DNA from: Elsinoe ampelina | Lineage: Eukaryota | Assembly (NCBI GenBank): GCA_010093995.1 | Contig: ML992536.1 | Location: 1 to 47,072, forward strand | Direction of reading: 5' to 3' | Length of the DNA: 47,072 bases | Shown here: positions 35,086 through 47,072 of the stretch, in pieces | How positions within the stretch are numbered: position 1 is the stretch's first letter | How the letters are laid out: each line of letters opens with the position of its first letter | The notes under the pieces: generated by a model | Told to the model about the DNA's origin: nothing | What the model saw: only the letters and a program-made list of their open reading frames with translations | Database searches by the model: none | Translations under genes and position numbers: made by a program

Positions 35086-37584
35086 ATGTCGGCGACATGT
35101 CTCTTATGCCGCGCGCGTATACTCAGTCAAGCGACGCGCCGCTCAAGAGTACTTCATCGATCCTACAGCCAAGGTCTTGACACCATTCTGGATCTTGCAT
35201 CTCCCGACACCGCAGACACGGGCATGAACGACCTTTTGCCTGACAGATTCGTGCCAAAGGGCGCCTTCCAGCCACATTCAAAAGATCCTCGAAAGTCCTT
35301 CTACAAGGGTGTCAGACCTGGCACCACTATACTGGTGCCCGACCAGTTAAAATTTGAACAGAAGATCCGGAACGATTCGCGTCCTCGACATCCTGCTGTT
35401 ATGAAACACGTGCTATCGAGAGACTACATAAGAGCATGGGAAACGCATATGGCACTGCCAAGGGAAGACACTGCGGATTCAATTGATCTTACATCAATTA
35501 GATTCAAGTCAGATTCCCAGCTCGAGCAATTGCAGAGGGATATCTCGCGTGCGGCCCTGGCTCAACTCTACAACAAGGTCGGAGATGCTGAACGTGTCAG
35601 AATCCCTTCGTTGATGACCATGTGGAAGGATATGCAGAAAACATTGCCCAACGCTGACGATCGGATCATTCAGTGCGCCAGCGTACGTGCCATGAAACAC
35701 ATTGGTGTGGCTCTTGCTGGTCAAGACGTCTTCGGTACTCCGTATCGACGCCGCCACATGCATGAGCTATTGGAATTCTGGTGTGCCTGGGTTGGCAAGA
35801 GCAAAGATCGCGACCCTCCTGCCGGCCCTTACGGCATCATACCTGCAAATGCGATACCAAATCCGCATGGCCAGCCTCGGAACCCAATTTTACATCTGTA
35901 TGATTACATCGACCACGTTCGTGCGGATTTTCACGTTTCTTCTCTCTTCGAACTTGCCCTCTGCCTGCAATACATACTTGAACATGGTCTTGCTGGTAGC
36001 ACGAACGCCGCAGAGTTCGAGAAATTCAAGCCGCTCGTCGACGATCTGAATGCAATCTGGGCTGCATCAAAATGGACAAACGAATTGAGGTACAACATGA
36101 TAGGGCGAGTTGCTCGGCATAACAGCCCGGAGGAGAAGACCAATCGATTCTTGAACTGGATTGAATCCAAGATGGGCAGCAATGAAGCTGTCGAAGAAAT
36201 AGTGGAGGAGGATGATGGATCCGTAAGATACTTGGCCAAAGCGGTCAACAAGTCTGTTGGTAGATACCTTGAACGTCAAAACTTGCGCATGGTCGAGAGA
36301 AGCTGGATGAAAACACAGGAGAGATTGAATGCCCTCACTCCAGATCAGATGAACGATCCTGACTTGGGCGGCATCTACGATCAATTCCTCTTCGCATTTC
36401 GCTCATTACGGCGTGCAGCTTGGACAGTCTCTGTATGGAATCACATGATCAGGAACGGGATCAAGCCTACCATAAAGACCTGGAACGTCATGCTAAAGGG
36501 ATGTCACATAGGACGAGAAGTTGATCAAATGGAGGAGATCTGGAGACGTATGATCAAATCTGGCTGTCAACCAGACGAGATATCCTGGGGCACACGCATC
36601 CACGGTCTGTTCAAGTTCGGCCGAGTGCCTGAAGCGTTTGCTGCGTTGGCAGAGCTGAGCAACGCCACCAAAATACCCTCAAAAGGCCGTCCTCAGCTCA
36701 CTACAATCCACACTGTCAGGCCCGACCTCTCTATCCTCAACAACGCCCTCTCCGGCGCTCAAGACCTCGGCACCGAAACCACCGGCCGCATCCTCGCCTG
36801 GGGCCGCGGCCACTCCATCGAACCCGACATCACCACCTACAACACGCTAATCAACGCGGCCCTCCACAGCGGCCAGCGCCAGCAAGCCCGCAAAATCATG
36901 TCCCACATGTCATCCAAATCCATCCCCCCGGACGGCGCAACCTTCGTCATCCTACTTCACGCCCTCTTCCAAGACGGCTTCCTCAACGACCTCCCCCCCG
37001 CGGAACAAGAAACCGAAGCCCTCTCCTTCATCACCTCCCTCGAAGCCGACGGCATCCCCCTCGAAGAACGCGGCTACGCCCTCCTCCTCGACCGCTTACT
37101 GAAAACCCACGGCAACACCTCGGCCGCCACCGCCGTGCTCGCGCACATGATGAAGCGCGAAATCGCCCCCACCCCGCACATGTACACGATCATGATGACG
37201 CATTACTTCTCGCAGACCCCGCCCAACATCCCCGCCATCGAGGCGTTGTGGCGGCGCCTGCAGAGCGCGCAGAACTACGTCGCGGATATTATTCTGTACG
37301 ATCGTATGGTCGAGGGGTTCGCGAGGGCGGACGAGTACGCGAAGATGATGTATTTCCTTGTGCGCATGGGGAAGGAGGGGAAGAGGCCCGGGTGGTTGGC
37401 GTTGACGGAGGCGTTGAGGTGTATTGTGCGCAAGGGGGATAGGGAGAGGGCGAGGGAGTTGGTGAGGGATGTTGCGGTGGGGGAGGGGATGGTGAATACG
37501 GGGGTCAGGGGGAGGAAGGGGTATGGTGAGTTTTGGGGGCTGGTGGAGGAGTTGGGGTTGATGCCAGAGGGAATGTGGAGTTGA
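35086..37584 (+). CDS. Mitochondrial pentatricopeptide-repeat (PPR) protein, 832 aa
   Basis: Intronless ORF with Arg-rich presequence and repeated PPR signatures (GIKPTIKTWNVMLKG, QPDEISWGTRI, EPDITTYNTLINA, PPDGATFVILL, APTPHMYTIMM). Confidence 0.9.
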   Translation: MSATCLLCRARILSQATRRSRVLHRSYSQGLDTILDLASPDTADTGMNDLLPDRFVPKGAFQPHSKDPRKSFYKGVRPGTTILVPDQLKFEQKIRNDSRPRHPAVMKHVLSRDYIRAWETHMALPREDTADSIDLTSIRFKSDSQLEQLQRDISRAALAQLYNKVGDAERVRIPSLMTMWKDMQKTLPNADDRIIQCASVRAMKHIGVALAGQDVFGTPYRRRHMHELLEFWCAWVGKSKDRDPPAGPYGIIPANAIPNPHGQPRNPILHLYDYIDHVRADFHVSSLFELALCLQYILEHGLAGSTNAAEFEKFKPLVDDLNAIWAASKWTNELRYNMIGRVARHNSPEEKTNRFLNWIESKMGSNEAVEEIVEEDDGSVRYLAKAVNKSVGRYLERQNLRMVERSWMKTQERLNALTPDQMNDPDLGGIYDQFLFAFRSLRRAAWTVSVWNHMIRNGIKPTIKTWNVMLKGCHIGREVDQMEEIWRRMIKSGCQPDEISWGTRIHGLFKFGRVPEAFAALAELSNATKIPSKGRPQLTTIHTVRPDLSILNNALSGAQDLGTETTGRILAWGRGHSIEPDITTYNTLINAALHSGQRQQARKIMSHMSSKSIPPDGATFVILLHALFQDGFLNDLPPAEQETEALSFITSLEADGIPLEERGYALLLDRLLKTHGNTSAATAVLAHMMKREIAPTPHMYTIMMTHYFSQTPPNIPAIEALWRRLQSAQNYVADIILYDRMVEGFARADEYAKMMYFLVRMGKEGKRPGWLALTEALRCIVRKGDRERARELVRDVAVGEGMVNTGVRGRKGYGEFWGLVEELGLMPEGMWS

Positions 37585-37704
37585 GGGAGGCATTGGGATG
37601 TATATATATGTAAATCGTCATGCAGATACATTGGGGAGAAATCTTGTTTCATCCGTTGCTTGTCGCTTTTTCCCAATGGATCTACGTTCCCTGTTTGCCA
37701 CTGC

Positions 37705-39498
37705 TTAGCACACGGCGTGTGTCTTCCCATGCTTGCCTCTGAGTGAGTGCTTCTCGTCAGCATAATGATCATTCTTCTTCGTCTGCCTCGCCCTTCCCGT
37801 ATGGTTCTTCACATGCTGCACATGCTTCTCCACCTCCTCCTTATCCATCGACTTGAGCGTATCAAGCGCATACTTGAAGTTGGCAATCAATGCATCAGCC
37901 TTGGACCTGGAGAAATCCTCCCTGACCACCACACGCATCATCTTGAACCCCGTCTTGGGTGGCGCGGTGTAAGCTGGCACGATCCAGCCGCGCTCTCGCA
38001 GCTGGTGGGCGATGGCGAACTCGTCGAAGTGGTACTTCTTGCTTGGGTCGAGGCGGAAAGCCACAAGGGGGAGACCGTCTCCGTGGAGGGCCGAGAGGAG
38101 CAGGAAGCCGAGTTTCTGCAGGCAGTGGGCGAGGTAGTCGCTTGTTTTGGTCAAGTTGAGCATGATGTTGCGGTAGCCGCGCTTGCCCAGGCGGATGAGT
38201 TGGTAGTATTGGGCGATTACTTGGCTGGCGCCGCGAGAGAAGTTGAGGGTGAAGCTGCTTTGGGCTTCGCCTCTGCATCTTGTTAGCGTGAGACCTTCAG
38301 AAGTAGTCGATATTGAATCACAAGTAGTCGATATTGAACACCAATTCCTGCGGTAAAAATTCCGGTGAGCGCCATACAACCCATCCTACACCAGGATAGA
38401 CCAAGCCGTACTTGTGGCCGGAGACGTTGATACTAACCACCTTGGGCAGGCGAAAGTCCCAGACCAGATCAGGCTTGATAAAGGGGGCAACAAAGCCGCC
38501 AGAGGCAGCATCGACTATGCTAGGCTTAGTATAGGCCATGAAGATACTCGGAGTACTTACCATGGATCGGTACTTCCATCTTGCGTTCGACCAGTAGATC
38601 GTTGATCGCTTTGACATCCTCGTACTCGCCGGTGTAGGTAGTCCCAAGGATAGCACAGATGCCGATCGTGTTCTCATCGCACAGGTCCACAGCCTGCTTG
38701 GGATCGATGACATAGCGGTCTGGCTCGCAGTTGACATACTTTTCCTCAACCTCAAAGTAGCGAGCTGCCTTTTCCCAGCAGACCTGGACAGCAGAGTTCA
38801 TGATGATGTTGGGCTTGGAGTAGTCCTTCCCTTCGGCCTTGCGCTTGTTGATCCATTGCTTGCGCATAGCGAGGACTGCCAGCATGATGGCTTCGGAGCT
38901 TCCGACGGTCGAGGTACCCATACATTTGGTCTCGCCGTCTTCTTCTGGGATGTTGAAGAGGCGGGCGATCATCTCGACGCATCTTTCCTGGCATGCAGTA
39001 GAGCTGGGATACTCGGATGCGTCGATGAAGTTGACAGGGAATGAGCTGACCATGAGATCTTCAGCTTCTTTCTCCTGTGAACTTGATCAGACTCAATGGG
39101 ATGGTGGCGATGATTAGAATATACCATGTATGTTGTGACGAAACTAGCTAAACTGCGGAGAATTAGTGAGGAGCAAAAGCTTTCGTGCTCGGTTCGATAC
39201 TGACTTGAGCTGTGGCGTTCCATCAAGAGCGAGCTCATCTCTGCCAGCAAGTCAGTATGGAAGCTCGGATTCATGGTCAATGACAGTACTTGATCAATCT
39301 GTATGCCACTTCCTTGGGCATGTCACTTTCGGGCATCTCATGTTTTGGCAAATCATTGCTAGCGAATCTGCTCCCATAGACACTGACGCTGGCTTCCTCT
39401 TCGGTCTCAATGCCGGGAGGGCCCAGCTGCAGACCATTGAGATCACCAAGAATGTCCTTGAGCGACGGCTCTGGCTTTGGCTGTGAAAGATTGACCAT
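37705..39498 (-). CDS. GAD1: Glutamate decarboxylase (PLP-dependent), ~515 aa, 6 exons
   Basis: Exons 39498-39290, 39240-39205, 39152-39125, 39074-38561, 38514-38322 and 38272-37705 sum to 1,548 nt. Motifs [39 protein letters not shown] and LNFSR. Confidence 0.95.
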
Positions 39499-42400
39499 GA
39501 TTGATTAAAAGTCTTTGTTCAAGTGGTCTCGCGCCTGGTACTGTAGGATCTGGAGCTGTCGGTGAGCTGAGGTCAGGAGGATGACGTGACGAATGACCTT
39601 TGAGCAGTCTTATTACCGGCACGAGGTCCGAAGCATGAAAACAAGCAAAGGTGGACGAAACACAGGAGGAAGGCGGAGAAGGTGGGCTTTTTGGCCAATG
39701 CGTGCATCCAAACGCACTGTTGAGAATGTTGGGTCTTTGGGTCAGTGACGAGCCCCCTGCGTAATGCGAACGCAAAAGGCTATCAGCTTACGAGTTTACC
39801 AACACGTGAGTGGATGTAGAGGTTGCCATGGGCTGTCAATTATTGAAGCATCGCTGTCTCTTCTTGGATTCTGGCTCTAGTCTGGGGACAGCCTTGGCTC
39901 CGTCGATCATCCGGTCTTTCAAAAGCTTGATTTTGCGATCAGCCTTGTCCAATCAGCCTAGAACCAGGAACAGGATCGATGATCAACACCAGCTCGACTC
40001 GGTGGAGTTGGACAGGTATGTGGCTCAGTGTTGCCGGTCTTCGTGGCTGGCCTTTGACCATCAGAGCTTCTTTTCTCGCTCGATGGATTGACCGATTTTA
40101 GCCGCATAGCTCGAGCTTGAGCTCGGACTATGTGCCGTTGACATGATGGAATGGCGTCTGCATGTCCAATGCACGAACAACCTGAACGCGACGTCTGGCG
40201 GTGCTTTGGGAACGCTTAGAGGTCAAGCGCGATATAGATGGTTGAAGCAAGTGTTTCGTTCTTCTGGGAGAATGTATACCGATCAATCATTAAAAGTCGG
40301 CCAAGGTAATCCCGATGGCGTTTCAAGGCACCTTCGTTCGAGTCAGCAGGTCTGGACCGGCACACTTCTGTCCACTAATAAAAGATATGATGCAGCACTG
40401 CAATCAGCTGTTCGGTACTGTATCAATTTCATCAATGAGAGTTCATCCGAACCATCGCCGGTTCCGTGACGGAAACACTATCCAAGGCTTGGATTCATCG
40501 CTCGGCTAAATGCAACCTGACACCAGGGCAAATAGCAGCTCAAGCATCTGAGCAAGACAAGCCAGACGACGGGTCGTTTTATTACTCGTATGGTTCAAAT
40601 GCACCGAATCTGAAACTCTGAGCATTGTCGATTTGCAGACAAGCAGCGAATAGGCAGCGACACGAACATTGACTTCCACCAATCGAGGAATATGAGGCGC
40701 CTGCATGAACTTCTAGACTCGGGCGAAAAAAAAGTCGAGGTCAAAAGAAGCGAGCGGTGAGTACCTTCATTCGTTCCTGGGGAACAAGTCTGAAAGGGTT
40801 GTCCCGCGTGTCAAGTTTCAGATCTGCCAGCCAAGGTGGATCTCCCCCATTCTCCAGCCGCAGCTATTCGGACGTGGTATCTCGAGGTGACTGCGAGAGT
40901 CGCGAATGCAACATGACGAATCTGAACGCGTCGCGCACAAGAAAGGGGCTGAAGTTTTAGCAAGTCCGGCCGCAGCTGAGAATCCATCTCAAATCCACCA
41001 ACATCTCACACGAACCACGACCGTTGAAGGAACTGTGGAACGCAAGACGGTCGGGTGGCACTAAACAAAGGCTCCGGGCTCCTGGGACGGCCGGCCCAGA
41101 GCACTGGGTAATGGCGCATTTGATTGTGGTCATTTGAACCTGGCCGCCTACCATCTTGCGCCATTCCTCTGATGTTCTGTACTGGTGTTGTGCTACGCCG
41201 CTCGAATTTACCACGCGATCCGGTAATTCAACTCCCGGCCGCTTGTGCTCGTCCGTGGGTCTGTCGTCCGTAGAACATGTCATGGCTACCATCGACTGGT
41301 GGGAATGCTTCATCATGCGGATACGGCCACGTCTTTCGTTCTCCACCTTGGTTCCGAAATAACTTCTCCGTCGGTGTCGCCGGCTTGACATTGATCATGA
41401 CCAACTTGCCGAGGTGATACAGAGAATGGTCATGACCGGATTCCTGGCATCGCCTACTCGATCCTGTGTCCGTGGAGGCTGCACCTCTTTTCTGGCTCTA
41501 CCGTTGCCAAATCATCCCTGTACCGCAGACTCGGCCGGGATATTACATGTACATGTACAAAGCGGATGCATAAATGCAAGTGAGCATTTGAGAACAGTGG
41601 TGCGCCAGACGGGCCGGGAGCGAGGTGGAATTCCGTCGGGCGCGACGTGGCTTCGGTACCAGGAGCCATTCCTGAATGAAGAGTTTGGGAAATCATGCGA
41701 GATGCTCCCGCAGGTAATCAAAAACGAAAGAGAAAAAAAATAGGCCCTGTTTGCCTAGGCTGCAGAAGGTTTTTATCCAACTACCACTTCGGTCCAAGGG
41801 CGTCCCAGCGATCCCAGCGACCGTGACAGAAGTCTGCTTGGGAAACAGTGGGTCATCGAATCGCATCGCCATCACATTTGCATCGCATGGTACAACGCAT
41901 TCTACCCCTCGATGCAGCCCAAGACTCCCACCCTTGTATCAGAACCCACCGGTGGATACAGGAACGTACAGTCGTGCGACTTAACCCTGCGGCCTGTCAT
42001 CATCTAGCGGCGCGAGTCCGTACGGTTGGGTCCGATCTGTCGCCATTGGTTGTCGAGATCTGTACGGCAGGCTTACATTGGTCATCTGCCATCCCTGCCA
42101 CCCACACCAGAGGCACACCAGAGGCACACCAAAGGGTGTATCCGGGCCACCGCAGAGCCCAAGCACTCTGCGCGACCCCCCCCACAGACCTGTCGGTGCT
42201 GTGTTCCGTCCTGCTGGCGCCAGACCGAATGAGACCCGTGCACCCTTCTAGCGTAAAGCCCTCCCTTCCCTTGGACCACATCAGACCTGCCCAAGCATAC
42301 AATCTCTTTTGGTCGCGGGGCCCTGTAATTTTTTCTCACACCGACCGCCGCAATCTCTCTTTCCCCTTGTACACGGCCTCCCTCGCTGCGCCGGGACGCG

Positions 42401-43004
42401 CTTTTGAATAATAAGAAGCCAACGCACATGATAAGAGCCATGTGCACCCTAAAGTCCCGGTTCCAGTCTGTCCACTCAACTCTGACCGCCGCGCCCCGTC
42501 CCATCTTTTGGTAGGACCGTGCGAACACAAACCCCCTCGACACGTCGACTAATTGCCAATTTCCGCCATCGCGGTGTCCAGTCATCTTTCTCTGTCGCTG
42601 TCGTTCCCTCGTCGGCGGCGCGGAGGTGGTGGTACTGTACTCGACCATTGGGCGAAAGCGACCCAACAGGCTGGGTACGACCGTTTAGTCCTTTCTCTGC
42701 TCGACCACACTTGGTCTCGTGCGATTGTTTTCTCGCCTTGCACAAGCAGCGAACCGGTACCGAACGAGAGCACAACCGGACTGACAATTCTTTGCCGTCG
42801 TCACCTTTACTCTTTTACAATCCGAGGACTTTGATCTGTAATCACATTCGCTTCAACATTGACCTCGCTGCTGGATGCATTCACTCGACAATCTCAAAGC
42901 TTCACATCACGATCCTCTCTGGACCGATCGCAATCATACAACACCACCGAGATAATTGAATTGGCGGCCTGTAACTCTTCGAGAAGCACTCTGACGTTGC
43001 GCAC

Positions 43005-44177
43005 ATGTCCATACCGGAGGAGACGTACGAAGAAAACGGTCGACTCTATCACCGCTGGCAGAAAGGAGTCTACTGGCTACCTCATGACGAGGTGAGCGTA
43101 GCCGCGCATATACTGGAGCTGCTGAATGACTAACGTATCAAAGGACGAGCTCGAGAGGCTTGATGTCCTACATGGCCTGACCTACAACCTGGACAAATTG
43201 GCGCTGCCGCTACACAGATCTCCTTTAGTTCCCGAACCAGGACAACCTGTGCGAATCCTCGACCTGGGATGTGGGACTGGCTTCTGGGCCATGGAGATGG
43301 CAGAGTATGTACCATGCGCCGGGCTCTTCGCGACTTCCACTGACGACTCACAGCCGATACACAAGCGCCGAGGTGAGACATAAATTCTTGTGAATCTTAA
43401 GACATTCCTAACCTTTCGAATCAGGTCATTGGCACAGATCTCATCAATTGCCAACCTGCTGCTATACCAGCAAACGTCTCGTTCCGTCCTCACTGCAACT
43501 TCAACGACCGTTTTTGGCCTTTTGGCGAAGAGAGCTTCGACCTCATTCATCTGGGCCAGATCACAGCGACTTCGGTCAACTGGAGGGAGATGTATGGAAA
43601 CGTGAAGAAGTACGCCTGGTGTCCGGCTATGTTTGCGATCATGTACTAACAGAGAAAGATATCTGCGTCCGAGATTCGGTCACATTGAACAGCTCGACTT
43701 CGACATTGCACCTCACATCGCCCAAGGGGCTAGGTTCCCGCCCCGTTCCAACATTGAAGCGTGGTGGAGAGATCTTGTCAAAGCCTCAGCTGACGGAGGA
43801 CGACCGATTGCTTACGATGAACGACAAGTTCGAGCGGAACTTGAGATTGCAGGATTCCAGGACATCACGCACGAAAAGATACCTATTCCGTGGCACTATT
43901 ATCGTACCCCTGGTGAAAACTACCAGATTGGAGGTACCTTTCAGGTCACCATGGTACAGGGTGTGGGGTTCGATGCCTATTGCATGGCGCCGTTCTCGAG
44001 GGTCAATCAATGGACAAAGGAGCAGATCACGGAGTACCTGACACTTCTCAAGAGGGAAATATTCCACACCGACCTGCAGATCTTCAGCTACTTGTGAGCT
44101 CAAGCACGTTTGTCAGCATGAAATACAAGAGACTGACCATTGCTTGTAGTCATCTTTGGACAGCCAGGAAGCCATGA
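43005..44177 (+). CDS. LaeA-like SAM-dependent methyltransferase, ~304 aa, 6 exons
   Basis: Exons 43005-43091, 43144-43304, 43354-43372, 43425-43609, 43659-44093 and 44150-44177 sum to 915 nt. Motifs ENGRLYH...LPHDEDELERLD, ILDLGCGTGFWA, SFDLIH, YLRP and ARKP*. Orthology to LaeA itself is not established. Confidence 0.88.
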
Positions 44178-47072
44178 ATGGTAGACGGCCCCGACAGTCG
44201 CGCAACCATACATAGCGCGGCTCGCTCACCGGTCGACACTCAAGAGGCTATCGACAGCCAGTCAGAACGACACAGCATCGCGTGAAGAGGCACAGCTCTG
44301 CCGTCAAACCACAAGCGATGCTCAACAAATCAGCTCCGCCCCGCATATGGTTACACAAACAAGCCATTATCGTGCGGAGAAGGGTCCACGCAGAGCGGCA
44401 CGCTGGGCACGAGGACGTTTTCTGTCAGCACCTCCCCGGGATCACCATCTTCACATGTGCATGGCGATTCCGACTCCCACGCTGCCGCCGACCTGCATGA
44501 GCACACCTTTTTGCGGCAAAATCGGTTTAGCAGCTGCTCACCGCAATCACATTCGGACCGAGTTGGAGTCGCTACAGCTCGCGACGCTCGATTGACTATC
44601 TTTGCATCCACCGGAGGATATGAGAGGAGTTCAATGGTAGGGGCAGAGATGTAGACCCAGGACGGGTTTAGCAGACAGCGTACCACCGCCGTGGCCCACG
44701 CTATCGAGCCCGCGACCACTTGGCCGACTACTAGAAGCATGCACATCATCTCGGTTGGACATTATCACCAAGAGCATAGCAATAATCACGAATTGACAAG
44801 GACATGCCGCGGCATCGAGTGCAGACATGAAGACAAAGCCAAAAGCGTCTTGATCTTCAAACTAGACAAAAACCAATGGATAGAAAAAAGATACCCCCAG
44901 CACATTGAAATTAGTTCACGAGCCAATGACATGCCTTACCGCGGACAATAAGCATTAATCATTTGACCGTCACCAATGGTGTCCCAGCGAATCCATCTTG
45001 GTCCCTCCCGCCAATAGACCTGCATGACCTTGCACCTGCGATAGCAATTCCAGGTAGTTTGACCCGACCAAGAGACGCCCAGGACAAGCGACTTTCCAGC
45101 CCAACTGTAAGTTAAAGTCCGACGTGTACAGTACCTCTCTCGTCGCACAAAACCTCTCCCGCCCCAAAAATAGCCCCGAACAGAGGCCAGACCAAACCAA
45201 ACCCTCTCCCTGGCCCCCCCGAACCAATAGGCAAAAAACGGCACCAAGTTTGCCGGTTTTGATTGTTCCCGCACGCAGTAAGGTACTGTAAGGGCAAAGT
45301 TTAACCACGGTTGTTGGGTGCTGGCAGCCGGGAGAATTGATTGACGTGGGCAGCCAATTGGCGGTTTCTTACTCATGCCATGCACGAGGAGTCTGGCCGG
45401 CTCGGATGGGCAGATATTGACTCGGGGGGTGCTATGGTGATGATTGCTATTTCCCGTCCGAGCCTGATTGTCAGATTCCCATGCTGGAGGGGAGTGGGGA
45501 TGCAGGGTCTGGTGCAACCACAGATGGGCTTGAGTCATGGGGTGCCTGGGCTTTGGTGGTGAGAGTTTGCCAATGTCGTGGTGCCCAGTGGAAGGTTAGA
45601 TTATATAAGAGGATGTGTTCCGGTGGGTGGAGGGTTACGAGGACGATAGGCGTGGCGTTGGTAAGGAGTTGACTTTGTACTATCTGCGAGCTACCTGCTG
45701 CGGAATCATTATTGCAGACGGAGGAATTGCAGATGCACAGCCATCGATGCCCGACCGATCTTACTTCTACCGGTGCATGCATCATCGCGAGCATCAATGA
45801 CCAGCGACTGGTGACAGGGCGATGCAAATTGGCAGTCGTCTCGGTGAACATTACAGCGACACTTCTGTACGGACATCTGTCTTTGTTGCGAACGCTTGGA
45901 AATCTCGTATCCACCCGCGGTGCAATCTGGGGAGTCTCATTCCCCGTGTCTCACTCTACGAGATGGCGCTTGCTGATCAGTTTGGCCCGTTCTTACGGTG
46001 GTCTGGCTCTCCGCGTCCATCTCAGCACTTGCCCTCAACTTGAGGACGTAGAGTGTTGGTGGTGGCTATGGACAAACAATGTCGTTCGCTATGCCAAAGG
46101 TCAATCGTAAAAAGATATAGAATGACGAGAACAGCAAGTAGAACCTCAGCCAGTTCCTACCAGGCCGGTCGATCTAGTACAGATCCTCTGAACCCTGTAT
46201 GAGTGGATCAAGATCCGAGCAAAAGGCAGCGGCGCGGGCTCGTCTGCATACATCTCACGGATCATTTGTCCAAGATGTTGCGATCTGCCCAATCGAGTCT
46301 CACCAGTCGAGGCAACAGCCAGCTCCAATGCGCCCTCGCCCTAATCCACGCCTGGACACCATCACGACAGGAAGCCAAATCATCATCACCACCTGCCGCC
46401 ACCCGAGGAGAAGCATCAAGCTTAATTCCCACGTCCCACCACTGCACTCATTTCCACACAAACTCGCGCAAACCAAGGCGAGACCTTCCTCTAGAAGCGC
46501 AAGACCTGAAGTCTGGCCGCGTCAGCACCCTCGCAAATGTGTCAACAACGTTCCAATACGGGCCCATCCGTCCCCAAGCTTCACCCAAGCTTCACCCACA
46601 CCGGCAAAGCAACCCGTTATAAGCTTCAGGCCCTGTCGAACTGTCGCTGCAACGGCCAGATCCGGAGATGGGCCTTGAGAGGGACCTGCGAGGCTCAACC
46701 CCAAGCTTGATGTCTCATACCGTCGCTTGTTGCCCGAGGGCGCAGCAGTAAAGTGTAAGTAGGCGTTGGTGTCTGGTCCAGCACGTGGGGAGGATACGAG
46801 AGACATAGGGTTGGGCAGGTGAACGTTATGGCCTTTTCGGTCTCGTAAGTGAGGTTGTCTATTCCTTGAACTTGTCTATTACCTGAACTGGTCTTTGAGT
46901 GCTTTTATCCCCTCTTCTATCTCGCTTGAGGGCACACGCTCTTGTTCTTACTCTTCTATCAAACCCCCGACCGCCTCCTCTCCTCTGCCTCACTTCTCTG
47001 CGCTTCTCACTCCTCCACCCAAGGCTACGCCCTGCGGGCACACCCTCCTGTCCCACCCCAAACCCCCTCCCC

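Noticed and set aside
42103..42131. 11-bp tandem duplication (a similar one at 46573-46598)
   Set aside because: Common slippage repeats with no further structure.
46859..47072. Possible 3' end of a minus-strand gene at the window edge
   Set aside because: Low-complexity G/R-rich translation attributable to skew; cannot be supported without flanking sequence.

Overview
Ascomycete fungal genomic DNA: short GT-AG introns with CTRAC branch sites and a RIP signature; Dothideomycete-like, taxon not verifiable from sequence alone. The window has two compartments. (1) 1..~19,800 is an AT-rich block saturated by Repeat-Induced Point mutation (TpA everywhere, CpA/TpG almost absent, CpG retained), with no intact ORFs. 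Translated by hand, it is not obvious retrotransposon debris. It reads as a dense array of about 10 RIP-killed protein-coding genes on both strands, several with intact-phase spliceosomal introns. These include a frameshift-free ~1,400-codon relic, a Myb/SANT-like relic and a 6 x 17-bp direct-repeat array in a divergent intergenic region. This is best explained as the fossil of a large, formerly duplicated multi-gene element (Starship-like or an unnamed class); no captain or transposase was recognised in-window. (2) ~19,850..47,072 is normal gene-rich DNA: Kgd4/Ymr31-type KGDH subunit, a Pro/Ser-rich protein, a Cdc25/rhodanese arsenate-reductase-like gene (apparent 5' frameshift), a GFA/Mss4-like protein, MOCS1/cnxABC (MoaA+MoaC joined by a GG-motif-deleting intron), a histidine acid phosphatase, a mitochondrial PPR protein, glutamate decarboxylase and a LaeA-like methyltransferase. 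This part also shows recurrent sharp C-rich to G-rich skew switches that ignore gene boundaries. All translations and splice models were done by eye, without database searches.
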